64,000 nt of DNA from positions 1,856,001-1,920,000 of the forward strand of contig OZ255726.1 of the NCBI GenBank assembly GCA_965277405.1, written 5' to 3'. Positions 19,003-29,411 of the stretch are shown in pieces (position 1 is the stretch's first letter; each line of letters starts with the position of its first letter). The notes below the pieces were generated by a model. It did not search any database and had not been told where the DNA came from. It saw only the letters and a program-made list of their open reading frames with translations. The translations under genes were made by a program, and so were the position numbers. The stretch is from Gammaproteobacteria bacterium. Its GTDB lineage: Bacteria > Pseudomonadota > Gammaproteobacteria > G965277405.

Positions 19003-19712
19003 GTTTCTCTATCGATACGGTGTTTTGACTGCCCGCATGCAGCCGCTGGACGCATGCCAATTAGCGGCCGTATCAATTGTTGCTGAGACCGAGTGAGCAA
19101 ATATGACCCAGTAAACTTTGTTGCCTCTATGACATACATATATTTGCAGAAATTCGGCAACACAATGTTCAGCCAGCGCAATGGTCTGCGCCAACGTGCT
19201 GGCGCTTTCTCTGTCCAAATAGCCAGTCTGGGACAATAATACCGATAGTGAATTTCATTAAAACTCAATAACCGCAGCCAATCGGAGAGCCGACGCGGGT
19301 GTATCAAGCGTTGTTGTTTGATGGCGAGTATCAGCCCAACTAGCGATATTGGGTTGTCATCGAATAACAATAGCTTCCCGTTCGACATTAACGCCTGGTG
19401 GACTTCTCGCAACATTTGTTGTGGTTCATCAGCATCACGCAAACTATACATTATTGTAATCAAATCCACGCTTTCTGGCAGCAAGGGCAAATGCTCATAA
19501 TCTGCAACAATTCCTGCTGTGTTGGCTGGTGCATGGTGGATGGTGAATGTATGTTGATAACGAGAATAATATAAAATAGCACGGCAACAACGCTTGCCAA
19601 TAACAACAGCATACTGACCAAAATTGTGTGAAAAATATCCTTGCAGATAATTAAACTCTACCTTGCGTTGGCAGCGGCGTGGAGATAGCCAACGGCGCAG
19701 CAGCAGTTTCAA
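18999..19712 (-). CDS. class I SAM-dependent methyltransferase-like (YafS-like)
   Basis: LPL..ESVD, PQQMLREV..L...G.L, NP.SL, RL.DWL.LL.F. Confidence 0.7.
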   Translation of the reverse strand: MKLLLRRWLSPRRCQRKVEFNYLQGYFSHNFGQYAVVIGKRCCRAILYYSRYQHTFTIHHAPANTAGIVADYEHLPLLPESVDLITIMYSLRDADEPQQMLREVHQALMSNGKLLLFDDNPISLVGLILAIKQQRLIHPRRLSDWLRLLSFNEIHYRYYCPRLAIWTEKAPARWRRPLRWLNIVLPNFCKYMYVIEATKFTGSYLLTRSQQQLIRPLIGMRPAAACGQSKHRIDRET

Positions 19713-20242
19713 GCCAGGAACTCCTGTACACGCACAGGTATAGCGCTGTGTTGTAACCGCAGCAACTGGCGCACGCTTCCGTGTAATGGAATAACTGCAT
19801 TTGCATCAACTTCTAGCCACGGAACGAGGACAAACAACCGCTGGTGCGCTGCAGGGTGGGGGATGGTTAATGTGCGGCAATGCAACGTGGTGTCTGCTGC
19901 AGCAATGACATCGATATCAATAATGCGCTCTCCCCACTTTCTGCTAGCTACACGCCCCATTGCCTGCTCAATGCCTTGGGTGGTGCTATGCAGCTGCTGC
20001 GCCGCGGCAGTCGTCTCCACTATGAGCACAGCGTTATAATATTCAGGTTGGGCGATATCGTCACAGGTAACCGCAGCACTGCGGTAAATCGATGATGCTT
20101 GTATAATCTGGTAATGTTCTGCCAACATATCCTTGCACCGATGCAATTGCCCAATGGGGTTCTCTAAATTACTGCCAAGCGCGAGCACATATTGTAAAAC
20201 TGCTATTGCTGGCTGTCTGGCTGTTGCAGTATTAGCGCTCAC
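19709..20242 (-). CDS. folK: 2-amino-4-hydroxy-6-hydroxymethyldihydropteridine diphosphokinase
   Basis: ALGSNL, S.IYRS, YYNAV, IE..MGR....WG.R.IDID, IPHP, RLFVLVP; downstream of pcnB. Confidence 0.93.
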   Translation of the reverse strand: MSANTATARQPAIAVLQYVLALGSNLENPIGQLHRCKDMLAEHYQIIQASSIYRSAAVTCDDIAQPEYYNAVLIVETTAAAQQLHSTTQGIEQAMGRVASRKWGERIIDIDVIAAADTTLHCRTLTIPHPAAHQRLFVLVPWLEVDANAVIPLHGSVRQLLRLQHSAIPVRVQEFLA

Positions 20243-21510
20243 GACTTGCGCGTGCGCCGTCTGCGCTTGGGTGAAAGTGGCAGTTGCGCCTTGAGCTCTG
20301 CGAGCTTATCTGCATTTTCTACTGGGCAGGCAACGTATGTATTCCACCAATCAAACCAAATGCCAACGTCTTCACCGCATTGCTGGCGCAATAAGAAAAA
20401 ATCATAGGCAGCACGAAAATCTCTACTACTGCTCAAGTAATGAAGACTGCGCTGTGTTGGCGCATTAAACTTGGTTTGCATCAACCATATTGCTTTAATG
20501 CGATACATGAACCGCGCGGGCACGCGCATAATCCCATTCTGTTCATTGAGAATTTTTTGCATAATAATGGTGCGGTCACGATCGTTATCTGCATTTATAG
20601 CAAGTTCTTTATACGCAAACCAAAAAATTGCAACGAGAATAAATGCGGGAGTAATCGATTTACCAAATGCCAAGCGTTCGTCCGTATTTACCAATACTGC
20701 ATCAATCAATTGACGCGCTTGCTGAGCATATGGGGCGCGCGGATGCAAACTGGTATGCGCCGTAGGAAACATATATTCAAACAGCGCAATCTTTTCAATC
20801 AAGGCAAACGCGCGGACGCTCCTGTGGCAAAACACCAACTTTTGATATTCACCAAATAACCGCGCTGCAGAAATACAGTGCAATGTATGACCAAGCTGCT
20901 TAGCGGCAGTCATTGTCAATGGTTCGATAGAGAACTCGAGTTTAGCCGCAAAACGAATCACACGCAAAATCCGTACTGGGTCTTCTTTAAACCGCATTGC
21001 TGGGTTGTCTATCATCCTGATGACTTTGTCGCGCAAATCACCAACCCCATTATATTTATCAATAAATTTGTTGTTTACTGGGTCATAATACATCGCATTT
21101 ATTGTTATATCTCTGCGATTGATATCCTCATCTAGCGTGCCAAAGCAATTATCGTATGTGAGTTGCCCAGTATGCGACTGTTGTTGAAACTGTTGCTGAT
21201 GATCAGTTTGCGGGTTGCCGCGATAGGTCGTCACTTCTATAAGCTCACCACCGCTATACACATGGACAATTTTAAAACGTTTACCAATAATCCTTGCATT
21301 TTTAAAGATTTTTGCAACTTGGTCAGGGTGGGCATTCGTGGCAATATCAAAGTCTTTTGGGGCGCGACCCAGCAGCAAGTCGCGCACGCATCCTCCAACT
21401 AAATACCCTTGAAAATCTGCTTGGTGCAGCGTAGATATGATGGATTTTGCGGCATACGAAATACGTTCGTGGTTGTTTTGCAGGGTTTCGATTGGTGACG
21501 GCAACGGCAT
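20239..21510 (-). CDS. pcnB: poly(A) polymerase I
   Basis: LVGGCVRDLLLG..PKDFD.ATNA, IGKRF.IVHV, RRD.TINA, EDPVRILR, FRAAYDF. Confidence 0.95.
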   Translation of the reverse strand: MPLPSPIETLQNNHERISYAAKSIISTLHQADFQGYLVGGCVRDLLLGRAPKDFDIATNAHPDQVAKIFKNARIIGKRFKIVHVYSGGELIEVTTYRGNPQTDHQQQFQQQSHTGQLTYDNCFGTLDEDINRRDITINAMYYDPVNNKFIDKYNGVGDLRDKVIRMIDNPAMRFKEDPVRILRVIRFAAKLEFSIEPLTMTAAKQLGHTLHCISAARLFGEYQKLVFCHRSVRAFALIEKIALFEYMFPTAHTSLHPRAPYAQQARQLIDAVLVNTDERLAFGKSITPAFILVAIFWFAYKELAINADNDRDRTIIMQKILNEQNGIMRVPARFMYRIKAIWLMQTKFNAPTQRSLHYLSSSRDFRAAYDFFLLRQQCGEDVGIWFDWWNTYVACPVENADKLAELKAQLPLSPKRRRRTRKS

Positions 21511-21597
21511 ATGGTTCTAGCTAAATAGTGGACTGAGAAATAATATATATATGTATGCCTATGCTGATATGCTACCACCAATTTCATAAATTCCAAT

Positions 21598-23319
21598 ATG
21601 TTCAGCTTATACCGTCGACTTTTCACCTACGTCCCGCTCGCAACAACATGCGCAATGATTGCCATTGCCGTAGCCGCATTTGCCCTTGCCAGCCTCGCCA
21701 ACACGCTTGCCGCGCATTTAATGAGTTTGCTCGAGGTCGCTTGGAACGAAGCAATACCATTTTGGCGTATCTGGGCTCCTATTGGTTTTATTGGCGTAGC
21801 CTTTGCTCGCGGCTTTGGCAATGTCATCGGCAACTATGCGATGCAACGGTTGACTAGAAAAATAATTCTCTCGTTGCGTAACCACTTGGCGCAATGCATT
21901 TTGCAGTTGCCGCAAGCATTTTTTCGACAGCAACGTCAAGGAACAGTGCAAGCACTTTTTAGCTACCACTGCGAGCAAATTGAATCGTCAATCGGCGGCG
22001 GGTTGATTGTGCTATTGCGTGAATCGATGACAGTCATTGCCTTATTTACGTATTTGTTGTACTTGAATTGGCTGCTGACGCTTGAGCTATTGGTGCTGCT
22101 CCCACTCCTAGCTGTATTAATTAATGCGGCGAGTAAAGCCTTCAGACGGTATAGCCACCGCATCCAAAATTCGCTGTCGCGTTTCAGCAGTCAAATGCAT
22201 GAATTTATTAGTGTCCGCGAGGTTATTAAACTTGCCAATAGCCAACCACAAGAGACCAGGGCATTCGCTACAACCAACACCGAAAACTATCATCACCATA
22301 TGAAACTGGCGTTGATCAACACCATCAGTGTGCCGTTAATCTCTGTGCTGATTGGTGCAGGGATTGGTTGTATTATGTGGCAGGTCTTAAACCTCTCTTT
22401 ACCGACAACATTTGCAAGCTACGGGCTGTTTGCTGCATATATCACCGCGACGGGCATCATTATCAAACCCATCCGCCAACTGACAACCGTAATCGCCTTG
22501 ATTCAGCGTGGTTTAGCCGCAGCAGAAGAGATTTTTTCGATTATCGATGCACCAACAGAAATCGATAATGGCAGCCGGGTGCTAGCAAGCCAAGTTGGGA
22601 CAATTGAATTCATCAATACCGATGTTGCCTTTGGCGCGACCACGGTTTTGACTGATATTAACTTGGTGATTGCAGCTGGTGCTAGCGTTGCCTTTGTCGG
22701 CGAATCTGGCAGCGGCAAAACCACACTGACAATGCTGTTAACTCGGTTTATCACCGCCAGCAAAGGCAGCGTGCGTATCAACGGCTGCGACATCAATAGC
22801 TATTCACTAACAAGCGTGCGCCAACAGATAGCGATGGTGACCCAAAACCCCACATTTTTTAGCCGCACAATTGCAGAGAATATAAGCTATCCACACCAGA
22901 CAATCGACGCCGCGTTATTACAGCAATCGATTGAATTTGCTAATTTAGATGAGGTCATCGCCACCATGGCACACGGGGTTGACACCCAAGTTGGCAACAA
23001 TGCCGACCAATTGTCTGGTGGACAACGCCAACGGTTGGCGCTCGCCCGCGCGTTTTATAAGCAAGCACCAATTTTATTGTTGGATGAAGCTACTGCTGCG
23101 CTAGATAACCAAAGCGACTTTGCGATTCAGCAAGCGCTTGCCACCATGATACATAGCAATACTACTTTGATTGTTGTCGCGCACAGGTTGTCGTCAATTG
23201 TCCATCTTGATACAATTGTGGTATTTAAAAAGGGTAGAATAATTGACCAAGGCAGCCATACACAATTGATGGAGCGTTGTAGTTATTATCAAAACCTGTA
23301 TCGGCTACAACAACGCTAA
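21598..23319 (+). CDS. msbA: lipid A export ABC transporter MsbA
   Basis: TM domain plus GESGSGKT, LSGGQRQR, LLDEAT; upstream of lpxK. Confidence 0.85.
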   Translation: MFSLYRRLFTYVPLATTCAMIAIAVAAFALASLANTLAAHLMSLLEVAWNEAIPFWRIWAPIGFIGVAFARGFGNVIGNYAMQRLTRKIILSLRNHLAQCILQLPQAFFRQQRQGTVQALFSYHCEQIESSIGGGLIVLLRESMTVIALFTYLLYLNWLLTLELLVLLPLLAVLINAASKAFRRYSHRIQNSLSRFSSQMHEFISVREVIKLANSQPQETRAFATTNTENYHHHMKLALINTISVPLISVLIGAGIGCIMWQVLNLSLPTTFASYGLFAAYITATGIIIKPIRQLTTVIALIQRGLAAAEEIFSIIDAPTEIDNGSRVLASQVGTIEFINTDVAFGATTVLTDINLVIAAGASVAFVGESGSGKTTLTMLLTRFITASKGSVRINGCDINSYSLTSVRQQIAMVTQNPTFFSRTIAENISYPHQTIDAALLQQSIEFANLDEVIATMAHGVDTQVGNNADQLSGGQRQRLALARAFYKQAPILLLDEATAALDNQSDFAIQQALATMIHSNTTLIVVAHRLSSIVHLDTIVVFKKGRIIDQGSHTQLMERCSYYQNLYRLQQR

Positions 23320-23326
23320 GAACCTA

Positions 23327-24307
23327 ATGCGCAACACGCTCAGCAAAATCCTGCTCGCCGCTTGGTACCAGCAACACCCGCTACGCTGGCTGCTGATCCC
23401 TATTTCATGGGTATATTGGCTGCTAGTGCTGCTGCGCCAACAGCCACGCCAGCCCAGCGAAAAACTGACGATTATTGTGGGCAATTACACCGTCGGCGGC
23501 ACAGGCAAAACAGAGATAATCAAAGCAATAGCACTCCATTATCCACAACTAAAAATTGGCATCGCCTATCAAGCGTATCGGGTTGATATCGCCACAGCAC
23601 AGCTGGTAGATGCTGCCAACCCAAGCGTTTTTGGTGATGAACCGAGCATGCTCTTGCAGCATTGTGCGGCGCTGATTGCCGTTGCCAACAGCAGAGCAGA
23701 TGCTGTTGCCTTGCTCAACCAACGCGATGATGTTGATATTATTTTGCTCGATGATGGACTCCACAGCGCAGTCGCCCGCGATGCAGAAATTGTTCTTTTT
23801 GACGCACGCGGCGTTGGTAATGGCCACCTCATCCCCGCCGGTCCGCTGCGCGTCCCGCTGCACAACACCGCCACCCAGCCAACAGCCAAGCGATTTATTG
23901 CGAGTAAAGGCAGCCCGCAACAACCACAATTTTCCCACTTACCCGTATTCAGCTACCGAGTAAGCGCAATCGCCAATGCAGCGGGACAAATCAGCGTCGC
24001 AACATGGAAAAACCGCTATGCAGAGCAACCTATTGTTGCCTTATCTGCCATCGCCAACCCACAAGGATTTTATCAGACCCTTGTCGACATAGGGATTTCA
24101 TTCACCGCGTTGACCTTGGCTGACCACAGCACCCTCGCAGATGCAGATTTTAACGACGATACCGTGTATCTGATGACCGCAAAAGACGCCGTAAAATATC
24201 AGCACTTACCTGCTAAGTATATCTGGCATGTGGCTATTGAGCTAATCCCACCAACAGGATTATGGGACTTTGTTGATGAAGTTATTGCCAAAGGAAGTTC
24301 TGATTAA
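23327..24307 (+). CDS. lpxK: tetraacyldisaccharide 4'-kinase
   Basis: VGN.TVGGTGKT, GDEP, DDGL, GNG.LIPAGPLR, IANP..F, MT.KDAVK. Confidence 0.93.
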   Translation: MRNTLSKILLAAWYQQHPLRWLLIPISWVYWLLVLLRQQPRQPSEKLTIIVGNYTVGGTGKTEIIKAIALHYPQLKIGIAYQAYRVDIATAQLVDAANPSVFGDEPSMLLQHCAALIAVANSRADAVALLNQRDDVDIILLDDGLHSAVARDAEIVLFDARGVGNGHLIPAGPLRVPLHNTATQPTAKRFIASKGSPQQPQFSHLPVFSYRVSAIANAAGQISVATWKNRYAEQPIVALSAIANPQGFYQTLVDIGISFTALTLADHSTLADADFNDDTVYLMTAKDAVKYQHLPAKYIWHVAIELIPPTGLWDFVDEVIAKGSSD

Positions 24308-24336
24308 GCCATGCTGGGCAAGACAGAACAACAACG
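24293..24336. mobile_element. MITE right-end fragment providing the lpxK stop
   Basis: GGAAGTTCTGATTAAGCCATGCTGGGCAAGACAG versus MITE end GGAAGCTCTGATTAAGTCCATGATGGGCGAGACGG. Confidence 0.75.
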
Positions 24337-24348
24337 AAAGCCCACACC

Positions 24349-24543
24349 ATGAAACCAAGCTCGCGCATCCTACCAATCATCGTCTGCCCACTGTGTAAAG
24401 CACCGCTACACCGCGTTGGTGCAGAACTCTGGTGCCGTGCTGAAAAAATCGCCTATCCAATCCAAGGCAAATCGCTGCAGCTATTCGTCGCAGCTGCACG
24501 ACCATTATCGCTGGAAGAGCTGGAAAAGCAGCTGTTACCATAG
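24349..24543 (+). CDS. Trm112 family protein (YcaR-like)
   Basis: IVCPLCK.PL, L.C......YPI, ARPL; canonical position after lpxK. Confidence 0.85.
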   Translation: MKPSSRILPIIVCPLCKAPLHRVGAELWCRAEKIAYPIQGKSLQLFVAAARPLSLEELEKQLLP

Positions 24544-24898
24544 TTGTCGCCGCTATACATAACTTAACATAACTTATTACTCCATCGGCTGGGGTGGAGT
24601 CTTGGCGGTTACGCTGCAGCCGAACGGTCGCAGCTTAACGCCAAACCCCCGCGCTAATCCGTCAATCCCGCTCCTTACCAAGAACCAAGAACCAATAAGC
24701 AATAACCGATAACAGTAGCTATTCGACCGCAGCGACCAAGCCCCTTGTTTGCTCAGGCTGCTGTGAATTGGGGCAGCATTAGCAAAACTCTGATGCAGCC
24801 GCTAATGCAGCGAGTAGATTAAACTAGGTTTTTTACCTTGTATTTCTTGCCCAAAGTATGCCAACATTAGCCTATAGAAATATTTACTGCCGCAGCCT

Positions 24899-25816
24899 AT
24901 GAAATATTTACTGCCAATACTCATGAGTGCCGCCCTCTTGGCGTTCTCAACCGTGGGTTGTGCTGCCGATTTGCAGCAAGGTCTAACTACCTATAACAAT
25001 AGCGACTACCCAACTGCTATTCGCGAATTACAACCGCTTGCTGAACAGGGCAATGCCGAAGCCCAGTTCAAGCTGGGTGTAATGTATTATAACGGAAAAG
25101 GCGTGCCGCAAGACTCTAAGGTGGCGCTGCAGTGGTATGAACGTGCCGCAGCACAGCGATATGCCAAAGCCCAGTTACAGATGGGTTTAATGTATTTTTA
25201 CGGAAAAGGTGTAGCGCAAGACGCTAAGGCGGGGCTGCAGTGGTATAAACTTGCCGCAGCACAGGGAGATGCCGACGCCCAGAGCATTCTGGGTTGGATG
25301 TATGGTAAAGGAGAAGGTGTAGCGCAAGACTATCAGGCGGCGCTGCAGTGGTGTAAACTTGCCGCAGCACAGGGAGATGCTGACGCCCAGAACAATATGG
25401 GTTGGATGTATCATAATGGATACGGTGTATTGCAAGACTATCAGGCGGCGCTGCAGTGGTATAAACTTGCCGCAGCACAGGGAAATGCCAACGCCCAAGT
25501 CAATTTGGGAATGATGTATGGTAGCGGAAAAGGTGTGCCGCAAGACTATAAGGCGGGGCTGCAGTGGTATAAACTTGCCGCAGCACAGGGAGATGCTGAC
25601 GCCCAAAACAATCTGGGAGTGATGTATGCTAACGGAACAGGTGTAATCCAAGATAATGTGTATGCCCATATGTGGTATAATATTGCGGCGTATAATGAAA
25701 GTACGACAGGAGCAAAATCGCGAGATAGTCTTGCTAAAGTAATGACCGCTGCCCAGATCGCTAGCGCACAGCAACTTGCCCGTGAATGTGTCAAGAAAAA
25801 GTATAAGGGGTGTTGA
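24899..25816 (+). CDS. exported Sel1-like repeat protein, 6 repeats
   Basis: signal peptide (TVGC possible lipobox); 36-aa AQ..LG.MY..G.GV.QD...A..WY..AA.QG repeats; C-cap ..ARECVKKKYKGC. Confidence 0.95.
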   Translation: MKYLLPILMSAALLAFSTVGCAADLQQGLTTYNNSDYPTAIRELQPLAEQGNAEAQFKLGVMYYNGKGVPQDSKVALQWYERAAAQRYAKAQLQMGLMYFYGKGVAQDAKAGLQWYKLAAAQGDADAQSILGWMYGKGEGVAQDYQAALQWCKLAAAQGDADAQNNMGWMYHNGYGVLQDYQAALQWYKLAAAQGNANAQVNLGMMYGSGKGVPQDYKAGLQWYKLAAAQGDADAQNNLGVMYANGTGVIQDNVYAHMWYNIAAYNESTTGAKSRDSLAKVMTAAQIASAQQLARECVKKKYKGC

Positions 25817-25935
25817 ATAGCAGCGTTGTCAACTTGATGCTAGCTGTGCTGCCACCTTGCCAACAGTGCTAGCCTAGGCTAATCAGGTTGTGACGTAGAC
25901 GATGAGAAAATATATGTCACAGCAGCAGAAAACTA

Positions 25936-26064
25936 GGCTGCTGCGTTGCATCCCTCGGCGTATATGCTACGGCATGCGCTCAAGGTAATGTGCGCGGAAT
26001 GCGCTTTGCAATCATCAGCAATTGCCATCAAACCAGCCCCATCAGCGGCTTAATCAGACCTTCC
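25936..26064 (-). mobile_element. MITE left half
   Basis: reverse complement GGAAGGTCTGATTAAGCCGCTGATGGGGCTGGTTTGATGGCAATTGCTGATGATTGCAAAGCGC... Confidence 0.8.
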
Positions 26065-26484
26065 CAAGGGTAACTGCGTTATTTACTGCCTCACGCTCCT
26101 TATCGCTTGAAGATCTGGAAAAGGAGCTGCAAACATAGTTGTCGCCGCTATACATAACTTAACATAACTTATTATTCCATCGGCTGGGGTGGAGTCTTGG
26201 CGGTTACGCTGCAGCCGAACGGTCGCAGCTTGACGCCAAACCCCCGCGCTAATCCGTCAATCCCACTCCTTACCAAGAACCAAGAACCAATAACCAATAA
26301 CAGCAGCTATTCGACCGCAGCGACCAAGCCCCTTGTTTGCTCAGGCTGCTGTGAATTGGGGCAGCATTAGCAAAACTCTGATGCAGCCGCTAATGCAGCG
26401 AGTAGATTAAACTAGGTTTTTACCCTGTATTTCTTGCCCCAAGTATGCCAACATTAGCATATGAAATATTTACTGCCGAAGCCT

Positions 26485-29346
26485 ATGAAATATTTACTGC
26501 CAATACTAATGAGTGCCGCCCTCTTGGCGTTGTTAACCGCGGGTTGTGCTGCCGATTTGCAGCAAGGTTTAACTGCCTATAACAATAGCGACTACCCAAC
26601 TGCTATTCGCGAATTACAACCGCTTGCTGAACAGGGCAATGCCGACGCCCAGTACAAGCTGGGTCTGATGTATTATAACGGAAAAGGTGTGCCGCAAGAC
26701 TATAAGGCGGCGCTGCAGTGGTATAAACTTGCCGCAGCACAGGGAGATGCCAGTTCCCAGTACAAGCTGGGTCTAATGTATGACAACGGAAAAGGTGTAG
26801 CTCAGGACTATAAGGAGGCGCTGCAGTGGTATAAACTTGCCGCAGCACAAGGACATGCCGATGCCCAGTACAATCTGGGTCTAATGTATGACAACGGAAA
26901 AGGTGTAGCTCAGGACTATAAGGAGGCGCTGCAGTGGTATGAACTTGCCGCAGCACAGGGAAAAGCCAGTGCCCAGGACAGTCTGGGTCTGATGTATTAT
27001 AACGGAAAAGGTGTGCCGCAAGACTATAAGGCGGCGCTGCAGTGGTACAAACTTGCCGCAGCACAGGGAGATGCTGTTGCCCAGTACAATCTGGGTATAA
27101 TGTATGGTAATGGAAAAGGTGTAGCGCAAGACTATAAGGCGGCGCTGCAGTGGTATAAACTTGCCGCAGCACAGGGAGATGCTGACGCCCAAAACAATCT
27201 GGGAGTGATGTATGCTAACGGAACAGGTGTAGCGCAAGACTATAAGGCGGCGCTGCAGTGGTATAAACTTGCCGCAGCACAGGGAGATGCCGTAGCCCAG
27301 AACAATCTGGGTAATAAGTATAAGAATGGAAAAGGTGTAACGCAAGACTATAATGCGGCGCTGCAGTGGTATAAACTTGCCGCAGCACAAGGTCATGCTG
27401 ACGCCCAGTTTAAGCTGGGTTTAATGTATTATAACGGAAAAGGTGTAGCGCAAGACTATAAGGCGGCACTGCAGTGGTGGAAACTTGCCGCGGCACAGGG
27501 AGATGCTGTTGCCCAGTACAATCTGGGTATAATGTATGGTAATGGAAAAGGTGTAGCGCAAGACTATAAGGCGGCGCTGCAGTGGTGGGAACTTGCCGCA
27601 GCACAGGGATATGCCAGTGCCCAGGACAGTCTGGGTAGGATGTATAATTACGGAAAAGGTGTAGCGCAAGACTATAAGGCGGCGTTGCAGTGGTATAAAC
27701 TTGCCGCAGCACAGGGATATGCCAGTGCCCAGTACAAGCTGGGTCTAATGTATGACAACGGAAAAGGTGTAGCGCAAGACGATAAGGAGGCGCTGCAGTG
27801 GTATAAACTTGCCGCAGCACAAGGACATGCCACAGCCCAGTTCAATTTGGGTGTGATGTATAACCACGGACATGGTGTAGCGCAAGACTCTAAGGCGGCG
27901 GTGCAGTGGTGGAAACTTGCCGCAGCCCAGGGAGAAGCCGACGCCCAGTTCAATCTGGGTGTAATGTATGCTAACGGAAAAGTTGTAGCGCAAGACTATC
28001 AGGAGGCGCTGCAGTGGTATAAACTTGCCGCAGCACAGGGACATGCCAAGGCCCAGTACAATCTGGGTTGGATGTATGGAAATGGAAAAGGTGTAGCTCA
28101 AGACTCTAAGGCGGCGGTGCAGTGGTGGAAACTTGCCGCAGCACAAGGATATGCCAGTGCCCAGAACAGTCTGGGTAGGATGTATAAGTACGGAAAAGGT
28201 GTAGCGCAAGACTATCAGGCGGCGCTGCGCTGGTATAAACTTGCCGCAGCACAGGGATATGCCGCAGCACAGGACAATCTGGGAGTGATGTATAAGCATG
28301 GATACGGTGTGGCGCAAGACTCTAAGGCGGCGCTGCAGTGGTGGAAACTTGCCGCAGCACAGGGACATGCTGGCGCCAAGTTCCATTTGCGTTGGTATAA
28401 GAACGGAAAAGGTGTGCCGCAAGACTCCAAGGCGGCGCTGCAGAGGCATAAACTTGCCGCTGCACAGGGAGAAGCCGCAGCCCAGTTGAATTTGGGTTTA
28501 ATGTATAAGAACGGAAAAGGTGTAGCGCAAGACTATAAGGCGGCGCTGCAGTGGTTTAAACTTGCCGCAGCACAGGGAGTTGCCAGTGCCAAGTACAATC
28601 TGGGTATAATGTATGCTAACGGAAAAGGTGTAGCGCAAGACAATAAGGAGGCGCTGCAGTGGTATAAACTTGCCGCAGCACAGGGAGATGCCATGTACCA
28701 GTTCCATCTGGGTTTCATGTATGATAACGGAAAAGGTGTGCCGCAAGACTATAAGGCGGCGCTGCAGTGGTATAAACTTGCCGCAGCACAGGGACACGCC
28801 ACAGCCCAGTTCAATCTGGGTGTAACGTATGATAACGGAAGAAAAGGTGTACCACAAGACTATAAGGCGGCGCTGCAGTGGTACAAACTTGTCGCAGCAC
28901 AGGGACATGCCGTAGCCCAGACCAATCTGGGAGTGATGTATACTAACGGAAAAGGTGTATTGCAAGACTATGAGGTGGCGCTGAAGTGGTATAAACTTGC
29001 CGCAGCACAGGGAGAAGCCAACGCCCAAGCCAATCTGGGAATCATGTATGGTAGCGGAGAAGGTGTAGCGCAAGACTATCAGGCGGCGCTGCAGTGGTGG
29101 ACACTTGCCGCAGCACAGAGACACGCCGGTGCCCAGTTCAATCTAGGTTGGATGTATGCTAACGGAACAGGTGTACTCCAAGATAATGTGTATGCCCATA
29201 TGTGGTACAATATTGCGGCGTATAATGGCAGTGCGCAAGGAGCAAAGTTGCGAGATCGGCGTGCTAAAGTAATGACCGCTGCCCAGATCGCTAGCGCACA
29301 GCAACTTGCCCGTGAATGTGTCAAGAAAAAGTATAAGGGGTGTTGA
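26485..29346 (+). CDS. exported Sel1-like repeat protein, 24 repeats
   Basis: same N- and C-caps as the 24899 paralog; 24 repeats of about 108 nt; alternative start 26461 arises from a 24-nt duplication. Confidence 0.95.
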   Translation: MKYLLPILMSAALLALLTAGCAADLQQGLTAYNNSDYPTAIRELQPLAEQGNADAQYKLGLMYYNGKGVPQDYKAALQWYKLAAAQGDASSQYKLGLMYDNGKGVAQDYKEALQWYKLAAAQGHADAQYNLGLMYDNGKGVAQDYKEALQWYELAAAQGKASAQDSLGLMYYNGKGVPQDYKAALQWYKLAAAQGDAVAQYNLGIMYGNGKGVAQDYKAALQWYKLAAAQGDADAQNNLGVMYANGTGVAQDYKAALQWYKLAAAQGDAVAQNNLGNKYKNGKGVTQDYNAALQWYKLAAAQGHADAQFKLGLMYYNGKGVAQDYKAALQWWKLAAAQGDAVAQYNLGIMYGNGKGVAQDYKAALQWWELAAAQGYASAQDSLGRMYNYGKGVAQDYKAALQWYKLAAAQGYASAQYKLGLMYDNGKGVAQDDKEALQWYKLAAAQGHATAQFNLGVMYNHGHGVAQDSKAAVQWWKLAAAQGEADAQFNLGVMYANGKVVAQDYQEALQWYKLAAAQGHAKAQYNLGWMYGNGKGVAQDSKAAVQWWKLAAAQGYASAQNSLGRMYKYGKGVAQDYQAALRWYKLAAAQGYAAAQDNLGVMYKHGYGVAQDSKAALQWWKLAAAQGHAGAKFHLRWYKNGKGVPQDSKAALQRHKLAAAQGEAAAQLNLGLMYKNGKGVAQDYKAALQWFKLAAAQGVASAKYNLGIMYANGKGVAQDNKEALQWYKLAAAQGDAMYQFHLGFMYDNGKGVPQDYKAALQWYKLAAAQGHATAQFNLGVTYDNGRKGVPQDYKAALQWYKLVAAQGHAVAQTNLGVMYTNGKGVLQDYEVALKWYKLAAAQGEANAQANLGIMYGSGEGVAQDYQAALQWWTLAAAQRHAGAQFNLGWMYANGTGVLQDNVYAHMWYNIAAYNGSAQGAKLRDRRAKVMTAAQIASAQQLARECVKKKYKGC

Positions 29347-29411
29347 ATAGCAGCGTTGTCAACTTGATGCTAGCTGTGCTGCCACCTTGCCAACATTGCT
29401 AGCCTAGGCTA

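Noticed and set aside
25050-29220. 108-nt periodic repeats as a CRISPR array or DGR
   Set aside because: They are in-frame Sel1 coding repeats; there are no unique spacers, cas genes or reverse transcriptase in the window, and variation is not obviously adenine-specific
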